The position numbers were made by a program, and so were the translations under genes. A DNA stretch of 35,868 nucleotides from assembly GCA_019058015.1 (NCBI GenBank), contig JAHLWH010000032.1, positions 1 to 35,868 on the forward strand. The letters run 5' to 3'. A model generated the notes under the pieces. The model worked only from the letters and a program-made list of their open reading frames with translations. It was not told the origin of the DNA and ran no database searches. Source of the DNA: Promethearchaeota archaeon. GTDB lineage: Archaea > Asgardarchaeota > Lokiarchaeia > Sigyniarchaeales > SOKP01. Shown here piece by piece: positions 1 to 7,451 of this stretch; position 1 is the stretch's first letter; each line of letters starts with the position of its first letter.

Positions 1-221
1 GCTCGAAAGACTGAAATTTTTCTTTAACTTTAAATTCTTAGTTGCTCTTGTCAAAAAATTAATAAAAATTGAAATTTTATTGGAAAATATCTTGATTTTT
101 AAATGATTTTTTATAAAAAGCTTATTTTGAAAATTAAAGGAAGGTTTACACCATAAAAATTAGAGAAATACATAAAGAATTAAATACTTTTAAATACAAA
201 TATATTCTAAAATAATATAGG
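1..221 (+). promoter_or_regulatory. Putative CRISPR leader with TATA-like box
   Basis: AT-rich, ORF-free stretch directly 5' of repeat 1. TTTTAAATA at 188-196 lies ~25 nt upstream of repeat 1, typical archaeal TATA spacing. Confidence 0.65.
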
Positions 222-338
222 GTAGCAACAAAATTAGCTTCATAAAGAAGATTGAAACCCGATTATATTAAACACTAGCCTTGCCGGATGATCAGTAGCA
301 ACAAAATTAGCTTCATAAAGAAGATTGAAACTGGTAGA

Positions 339-1015
339 AATGAACAACACAATTAATGAAGTTCTTGAAAAACTGCATCAAAGAAGAGGACTTCCTCGTC
401 TTGAAATAGAAGGATGTAATTATCCGATAAATAAAGATTTTATTGAAAGGTATAAAAAGTCTAAGGCATCAATGCCTGAGCATCATGAAGGATTTTCTGT
501 CGTACATTTTGATGCGGAGAGAGGCTCGAATTGGAAAGAGTGGCTTAAACATGATGGATTCGGCGGACAGGTAGGTAGTGTAAATATACCTTCCGAATAT
601 TTAGAATATTTAGATGCACCTAAAGGAGATAGATGTGTCTATGCTATGAAAGATAAATTCGATAGACGAGATTATTATTATACTGAGATTTATCGTGAAT
701 ATATCTTGTTCAAAAAATCAGACTTGGTAAGGGTAATCAAAATTGCTTTAAAAACTAATAATAAGGTAGCAGAAGAGATTATCATAGGAAAAGAAATCGT
801 AGATAATGTGATTTGGGATGATTCAATTCCAAAGGGACCTGGCCTTAAGGTAATGGATGCTACTATTTGTTTGCGGATAGACCTGAACGAAGAACCAAGT
901 TATAAAATCTCTTTGGTGAAACCGTGATGGAATTTCATAGGTTACAGCCCCATTTCTCGTTTCGCACCCATGTCCCTGTGGGATTCGTTAAATAATGAAC
1001 AACACAATTAATGAA
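339..1015. repeat. 22-bp exact direct repeat flanking a 655-bp insertion inside spacer 2
   Basis: AATGAACAACACAATTAATGAA at 339-360 and 994-1015. Confidence 0.95.
340..927 (+). CDS. Orphan hypothetical protein (195 aa) inside the giant CRISPR spacer
   Basis: Uninterrupted 588-nt ORF. The ATG at 340 is preferred because the ORF-track TTG at 325 lies within repeat 2. No family recognised. Confidence 0.75.
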   Translation: MNNTINEVLEKLHQRRGLPRLEIEGCNYPINKDFIERYKKSKASMPEHHEGFSVVHFDAERGSNWKEWLKHDGFGGQVGSVNIPSEYLEYLDAPKGDRCVYAMKDKFDRRDYYYTEIYREYILFKKSDLVRVIKIALKTNNKVAEEIIIGKEIVDNVIWDDSIPKGPGLKVMDATICLRIDLNEEPSYKISLVKP

Positions 1016-1063
1016 TCTTAATAGTAGCAACAAAATTAGCTTCATAAAGAAGATTGAAACACC

Positions 1064-1575
1064 AATCAGAAATTTTATTGAAAACTTCACTGATCGATTT
1101 TTTGAGATCGCCCTCATCTACAGGTCCCGTGGAAAGAATTTCAAAAATATTGTTAATTACGACAATTTCCACGTTTGCATTTCCTCGCGATCCCATGAAC
1201 GTCTCGTCAGCAAACAACACGCCTCTTGGAAGGGTTTTTAATTCTTGTTCAATTACTTGTGAATTTTATTGAAATACCTGCGAAACAAAGCTCTTTTTAA
1301 AGCGACTTAACTTATCTTGAGGAACTCCCCATCTTAATGATGTGCCTGTAAGCGGATATTTTAAAACAAACAGCTCGTAAAGGATCTTTTTAATTTTTTG
1401 CTGATACAACAGCAAATTCCACGCGTCAACTTCTTTTCCAAAGCGCTTGTTGCATTTAGAGCACTTGACCCTGTGAATCCTTTTATTTGTAGGTACATTA
1501 TACCCGTCATATACGAGAAAACTTATGTAAGCACACGGATTTTGGGACTCTGATTTAGAATTCTTTTCTTGTCGA
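1064..1575 (-). mobile_element. DDE transposase remnant (IS1/IS1595/IS6-like architecture), pseudogene
   Basis: The minus frame reads NPC...DGYN...HRVKCSKCNKRF (Zn ribbon), an HTH-like segment (LTGTSLRWGVPQDKLSRF), an in-frame TAA at 1266-1268, then VLFADETFMG (first catalytic Asp). It breaks off at repeat 3. No start codon or terminal IRs seen; boundaries approximate. Confidence 0.7.
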
Positions 1576-1785
1576 ATTTAAAGCGTTTTGAGAACAAAAA
1601 AGAAGAAGGATATCACATTTCTCGATATAGTCATTCATATATTTAATAAAATCTTCTCGAGCATCTTCTTCACAGAATAACACATCATCAATTTCAGGAC
1701 GATTAGTCAAATCTTCAGCGATTTTTGAGATTTGAAATTTCTCTGAATCTTTCATAGAATAACATATGAACATATAAGCTCCCAT
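1555..1785 (-). pseudogene. TIR-domain protein, C-terminally truncated
   Basis: MFICYSMKDS (box 1) and IEKCDILLLFCSQNALNS match TIR_2. The ORF ends around the catalytic-Glu helix, where the transposase remnant begins. Confidence 0.75.
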
Positions 1786-1926
1786 TAATTGAATTCCCTT
1801 GTAAAAAATTTAGCTTAAATTTAAATATTAATTTTTTAAATCATAAGTACATATTTGAAAGTTTTCTATAATTATTAGATTTCATTAAGAATGCAATCAA
1901 TTTATAATTTAAATTAAGTTATTAAA

Positions 1927-3378
1927 ATGACAATTGTTGATATTGGAGAGAATTTACACGATAAAATAGCTAAATTCTTGGAAATTCATAATAACCCAGT
2001 TAAAAGGCTTTTAAAAAAGGTTTTAGATTACTTTAGGGAATGGTGTGGAACTTTAGATAATGCAGAAAAAATTAAAGATTTACTCTGGGGTATAAATCGA
2101 ACTATTGAACCATTTAGTCATAAAATTGAGGGAAAATTCCCCGATTTTACTGCTGGAAAAGATCTCAACCAAAAAGGATATGGCATAGATGGTCTTTTGG
2201 AAATTAAGCATAAAGCTAGGAGAATAAAAAAAGAAGATCTTATAGAATATATTGCTCGAAACGACTATTTAAAATATATTGAATATTGTATGAAGAAGTT
2301 AAATAATTCGGATAAAGTAACAGAGACATTAAGATATTTAAAAAGACTAAACAAATTGATCGAAGTAGACGTATTAAAGAAGGAAATTGTAAATAAAAAT
2401 AGTAAAGAAATCAATCGTGAATGTATTAAATTATGTAAACTTTATTCTGATGAAATATTCGACAAGATTTTAACATTTTTAGTAGATATTTCACTTGAAT
2501 GGCTAAATAAATTGTTATCAATATCAAGAATGCCAGTTACAGATTCAGAAAATCCTGAAAAATTTCAAATAGACTTACATCTTCATTCACATTATTCTGA
2601 TTGTGGAGCCCAATCTGTAGGTGAAGTATTATGTAAAGCCAAGGAAATAGGGTTAAAGACAATTTCTATTACTGATCATAATAATTTTGATGGGGTGTGT
2701 AAGGCAATTAAGATAGGTTTGATATTTAATATTGATGTGATCCCGGGAATAGAGGTGGCTACAGGAGTAAATAAAAATAATAAGTGGATTGAAGATAGAA
2801 GGGATATATTGGTATATTTTCCAAACTTAGATGAATTCCAAAAATGGGTTTTAAATGGATTTGACTCATATACTAATAAATTACTCGAAAAAGCATCAGA
2901 TAGAATTCATAATAAAAAATTATGGGGAAATGTTCCAGTCAATACAGTACTAGAATGGGCTATTGATCATGGAGGTGTGAGTATTTTAGCTCATCCAGGT
3001 TATTATAATTATGAAACCTATGAAAATATAATTAGATTATTAAATAAGGGTCTTAAAGGAATTGAACTATTCAATTTAAAATACACTAATTATAGCCATT
3101 ATGCTAAAAACTCCTTAAAAGAGGTTATTGAACTTTTTTTTAACATGATAAAAAAGTTTACAAAATATAGTGCTTCGGAAAGAAAACCAATTTTTACAAT
3201 TGGAAGTGATTCACACTCATTAGATACTGTAGGAATTATCATTTTAAGCTCTGAACTTGTTTTTAAGATAATTTCTTTTTATGATTATTCTAAACCAGCT
3301 ATTAACATTATAACAAGCCAATATAGATGGTTTGAGCAGTTAATTTTTAAATTCTTAAAAAATTCGATCTTAAGTTAA
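1927..3378 (+). CDS. PHP-family metal-dependent phosphoesterase with ~210-aa N-terminal extension
   Basis: Motifs DLHLHSHYSD, ISITDHNN, PGIEV, ILAHPG, GSDSH. Confidence 0.88.
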   Translation: MTIVDIGENLHDKIAKFLEIHNNPVKRLLKKVLDYFREWCGTLDNAEKIKDLLWGINRTIEPFSHKIEGKFPDFTAGKDLNQKGYGIDGLLEIKHKARRIKKEDLIEYIARNDYLKYIEYCMKKLNNSDKVTETLRYLKRLNKLIEVDVLKKEIVNKNSKEINRECIKLCKLYSDEIFDKILTFLVDISLEWLNKLLSISRMPVTDSENPEKFQIDLHLHSHYSDCGAQSVGEVLCKAKEIGLKTISITDHNNFDGVCKAIKIGLIFNIDVIPGIEVATGVNKNNKWIEDRRDILVYFPNLDEFQKWVLNGFDSYTNKLLEKASDRIHNKKLWGNVPVNTVLEWAIDHGGVSILAHPGYYNYETYENIIRLLNKGLKGIELFNLKYTNYSHYAKNSLKEVIELFFNMIKKFTKYSASERKPIFTIGSDSHSLDTVGIIILSSELVFKIISFYDYSKPAINIITSQYRWFEQLIFKFLKNSILS

Positions 3379-3507
3379 GCAATTTTATAATATCTAAATC
3401 CACAGTTATTATATCCACCCTATAAGAATAAATAGGGCATACTATAATAGATTCTAAACTTATTGATGAAATTATTAAAAAATCAGCTTTTTATGAGGAA
3501 AAGAAGT

Positions 3508-3987
3508 TTAAATACATAAAAAGGAAAAAAATGCGCATTTAAAATTTTTAATTTCAGAAATATTATTTCCACCTAAGTTTAATTCTCTCAAAGTTGTAAG
3601 ATGTATTAATTCTGACACATAAGAGATATTATTTTCATATAAATTTAATTCTTCTAAATTCTTTAATTTCTCAACCCCCTTTTATCTCTGTAATATAGTT
3701 TTCTTCTGAATTTAAAACTTCTAAATTAATAACTGAAACTAATCCTTTTATTTGTGAAATTTTATTGATACTAAGATCTAATTCCCATAATTTTGTTAAA
3801 GAGTCAAGGACTTTTATTTCAGAAAAATTATTTTCTGATAAATTAAGAACCTTTAAATTGTTAAATGTAGTAAGTCCTTTAATCTCAGTAATGTAATTTC
3901 CTTTTAAATTTAGTTCTTCCAGATTTATCAATGCTTCTAAGCCTATTATTTCTGAGATTTGGTTATTACTGAGATCTAATAATACAT
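3508..3987 (-). pseudogene. Leucine-rich repeat (SDS22/internalin-like) protein, frameshifted
   Basis: 22-aa LxxLxLxxNxIxxIxGL repeats. They continue past the ORF-track stop after a frameshift in the G5 run (forward C5, ~3675-3679) as LEELNLYENNIS...LRELNLGGNNIS. The ATG at 3987 is out of frame. Confidence 0.8.
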
Positions 3988-3992
3988 TTTTA

Positions 3993-5140
3993 TTATTTAT
4001 TTACCAATTTTAGAATTTCTTCTCCAAAAACTTCTTTGAAAATTTTACTCATTTCTGGAGTTAATGAATATGAACGAAATATATTAGCAAATTGAATTAA
4101 AATATTTCCCAATTCTATTTCCACTCTTTTAATATATGTTGAAATTTTTTCTTTAACCATTCTGATGTTTTTTTTTAAGGAAAATCATAACTTTTAACTG
4201 ATCTTCAATGATAAAATCTCCTATTATATAACGTTCTTCAAAGTCTACAGAGATAGTTCTACCAGCTTTGATTTCTTCTCCCCAAAGATCAACTGCTTTA
4301 AGAAAACTACTTATGAGATCAACACTTATAACTTTTTGAATGAATTCAATACTAAAGACAACAGTACCACTTGCAACATTTTGAATTAGTATTAATTGTA
4401 TATTCTCTATATCTGGATCTTTAATAAATGGCATAGTAATAAAATTATAAATGTCGTTTCCAGTATTATTTACTTCTTTATATAAATAATAAGGCTTTTT
4501 AACATATTTTTCATCAAAAATCTTCTTCCTTCGAATATCATTTATTAAATCTAAAACTGCACCTTGTACATTTTCCATTATACCTAATGGTACTCCAAAG
4601 GCAATTGTCATACGATATTCTAATGCGGCTATTTCACCTCCATTAATACCAATCATTTTTATACCATTAGGATTTGAGTAAGAATTCAAAATATCAAACC
4701 AATACTGGAAAATTATATCAAGATTTAAATCAAAATCAATCTTTGGTAATTTATATACAATTTTTCCTGCAATCTGGCTGAAATTTATTCTATTAGGAGT
4801 ATAAATATAGGCATTATATTTTGAAGGCATTGTATAAAAATTCAAAATCAGTTCATTAATTTCATCAGCGTAGCAACCAGAAATTAGCTCTCCTTTATGA
4901 TCTTTAAAAGCTTGTCTAAAAATCTTAAAATATTCGTTTAATTGAGTTTTATCGAAATTTTTAATTCCTCCTGCTAAAATAACAATTGTATTATTTAAAA
5001 TTGGCTGTTCTAATTTAAACCCATAATTATTCAATTCATTTATTACTTCTTCCCATTCAGCAGTATCAGTTTTTCCAAGCTTTTTTAATAAAAAACCAAT
5101 ACCTAATAATAATAAAATCCTAGTTGTTAGAAGAAGATGT
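3993..5140 (-). pseudogene. SLOG-domain + longin-like domain fusion, 5'-truncated and frameshifted
   Basis: SLOG-like motifs IVILAGG, ELISG and GINGGEIAALEYRMTIAFGVPLG. C-terminal ASGTVVF...VDLISSFLKAVDLWGEEI is longin-like. A shift at the A9 run (4168-4176) extends the frame (TSEWLKKKISTYIKRVE...) to TAA at 3993-3995. The frame is open upstream of 5034 to ~5140 without an ATG. Confidence 0.6.
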
Positions 5141-5367
5141 TCCTAATGCTATCAGAGTGAATTTACTAGTTAAGTTAGTATATGGTGAAATAGGACAGAA
5201 ATTTGGAGTAAAATATGGTGAAATTTTTAATAGAATTGGTGCTGGATTTTTGAAAGATATAGCTTAGGATAAAATAATTAATTTTCTATTACTTTTTCTA
5301 AAAATTTAAGTTTAGATGAGCTTAAATAAGATTAAAATGGAACTTATTAATCAAATCAAATATCCAT

Positions 5368-6410
5368 CTAAATTGCTTTTAAGAATTTAATGATTTCATC
5401 AATCTTTTTATTATTTAGGATCAATTTTGAGGAATTATATATTGAATAGGGTAATTTTTCGGAAATAACATACTTTTTAATTTTTTTTAAAGCTTTTGTA
5501 ATATTATTATAAGAAATATGCTGCTTTTAAGGAGTAATATTTATTTTAATATTTTCAAAAAATTGTTTTATTTCATCAATTGAAAATTCCGCATATTCTT
5601 CGTGTAGAAAGAGACTAATTAGTATATTCATGCCAATTAAATTACCGTGAATATAATGTTCTTGAGAAAATGATTCTAGGCAATATGCCAGAAAATATTC
5701 GCTTCCTTCTTCAGGCCTTGCATTCCCCCATTCTTCACAAAGTACAACTTCATTATAAAATCCATCAACTAAAGCTTTAATTCCTTTTTCAGTCACATCC
5801 TTAATTTCAGATCTTGCTTCTATTAAATTAACAGCAATATTTCTTGCTCGATTAAATAAATTTTGGTTAAGATTTTCGTTTGTTTCATCTTTGGCGAGTT
5901 TCCAATCTCCTAACGCTGTAGTAATTGAAATTGTATCCGAAACTCTTGCTCTGTTTAAAAATGGAGGAGCGATTTGAATTAAATCATAATCGATAAAAAT
6001 ATCTTTTGGGTGGCTCTCTCCAATATATTTTACTTTATTATGGATTCTTACGGCAATGAAGAACATAAGAAAGCATCCACAGAAATAATCGATGGTATCA
6101 ATATTAAGTCTAAATTTAAATCAAATTTATCTCTTAAATACCAAGCTAAAAATTTTGCAGTATCACAAGTTGTTCCTCCACCAATCCCTATTAAACTACA
6201 ATTTTCTAAAAGATGATATTCAAAATTCAAAGCTAATGTTTTTAAATGGTCGATTGCCATATTATTATTAAATTTAAGGAAAATTGGTTTATGTGTGATT
6301 TTTGGTTCTATAATTTTCCATGGTTCTTCCATTGCGACTAAAATATATTTATCGAGAGAGTTAATTTTTTCAATTGAGAGCCAATTTCCAAAAATAGGTT
6401 TTTCAGTCAT
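5368..6410 (-). pseudogene. Glycerol-1-phosphate dehydrogenase-like (EgsA/AraM, Fe/Zn-ADH family) pseudogene
   Basis: GIGGGTTCDTAKF, IPSIISVDAF, RPEEGSE and HG motifs. 1-nt frameshift near 6056 and in-frame TAA at 5527-5529; the frame continues to TAG at 5368-5370. Confidence 0.8.
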
Positions 6411-6686
6411 AATAAAAATAGTAATTATATAAAATTAAAAATATTAATAAATAAATTGAAAAAATAAAAAGAACTAATTATCATACGATTTTTTGCGTTT
6501 TTCCTAATTTTAATAATTTTATTCTTGAAACCGAATATTATTGCAGCAATTCTTAAGATATAAAGAAAAAATTATTGTAAAGATTTTCTAAATACCCAGC
6601 TCATTTTAAACGATTATCATAACTTCTTTGAGCAGATATATTTAAAAATATAAGTCTTATTTTATATTAGAAACTGGAGTTTAAAA

Positions 6687-7346
6687 TTGATCGATAAAAA
6701 CGAGTTGTTAAAGCTTTTACCAAAGTTAATAAGGGAAGACGACGAGATAAAGGGTGCAATAATAACTGCTCTCTCCAGAGTGGTTGCTACAAAAGAAGAT
6801 ATTATAAGAATTATTGAACATTCCGACAGACGATTTGAAGCCCTTCAAGAGCAAATGAATAAGCGATTTGAAGCCGTAGATAAGCGATTTGAAGCATTAA
6901 TTAAAGAAATGAATAAGGGTTTTGAAATAGCCAGACAAGAAAGAGCCCAGTTACAAACTTCTATAAACTCGTTAGGACGTCGAGGCGATATAGGGTTGGA
7001 AAATGCTATTTTATGCCTCTTAAATGATAATTTAATTCAAGAAAGTATAAATACAAGTGAAATTAAAAAAGAAAAACTCAATGATAAAGAAGGTAAAGTA
7101 TTTGGGGAAAATTATTCAACTGATATCGATATATTGGTTCAGAACGCTAAAACGATTTTAATTGAAATAAAATTCCATGCAGACAATAGCGACGCTTATC
7201 AACTTATTAAAAAGGCAGAATTATATAAGTATCAATTTAATAGGAACTACGACGAGCTAATGATTATTTGTTTGGAAATTACACAAAATAATTTTGAGCA
7301 AATTGTAAAGCAGGGCATTAAAGTAATTGCGGGAAAAATTGTTTGA
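6687..7346 (+). CDS. Coiled-coil + PD-(D/E)XK nuclease-fold protein (DUF3782/paREP-like)
   Basis: Short RFEA repeats (DRRFEA/NKRFEA/DKRFEA) and TDIDILV...LIEIK. TTG start preceded by GGAG. Confidence 0.8.
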   Translation: MIDKNELLKLLPKLIREDDEIKGAIITALSRVVATKEDIIRIIEHSDRRFEALQEQMNKRFEAVDKRFEALIKEMNKGFEIARQERAQLQTSINSLGRRGDIGLENAILCLLNDNLIQESINTSEIKKEKLNDKEGKVFGENYSTDIDILVQNAKTILIEIKFHADNSDAYQLIKKAELYKYQFNRNYDELMIICLEITQNNFEQIVKQGIKVIAGKIV

Positions 7347-7451
7347 AAAAAAATGATTTTTCCTTTAATAAACAATACTTGAATTTTTTTTACAATAATT
7401 TTTTATTTTAAATTTTTTATATCTAATTTAGATTTTGCAACAAATAATTAT

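Larger units (their letters stand above)
222..1060 (+). CRISPR. CRISPR mini-array: 3 identical 37-bp repeats, with one 36-bp and one 692-bp spacer
   Basis: GTAGCAACAAAATTAGCTTCATAAAGAAGATTGAAAC at 222-258, 295-331 and 1024-1060. It has an internal CTTC-N5-GAAG hairpin and the 3' ATTGAAAC end typical of archaeal type I-B/III repeats. Spacer 1 is 259-294 (36 bp); spacer 2 is 332-1023 (692 bp). No cas genes in the window. Confidence 0.92.

Noticed and set aside
325-339. TTG start for the spacer ORF
   Set aside because: It lies inside CRISPR repeat 2; ATG 340 is the plausible start.
928-993. Hammerhead ribozyme / viroid-like element in the insert tail
   Set aside because: CGAAAC is present on the minus strand but there is no CUGANGA core, and no rod-like self-complementarity was evident by eye.
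935-1272. Short overlapping ORFs 935-1117, 1011-1241, 1054-1272
   Set aside because: They run through the CRISPR repeat or are alternative frames of the transposase remnant.
1071-1274. AATTTTATTGAAA at 1071 and 1262 as degenerate CRISPR repeats
   Set aside because: Only ATTGAAA matches the repeat, the spacing is wrong, and both lie in transposase coding sequence in AT-rich DNA.
1927-3378. PHP gene as a cas gene or PolX/DnaE fragment
   Set aside because: No Cas or polymerase motifs seen; only the PHP metal-binding motifs are supported.
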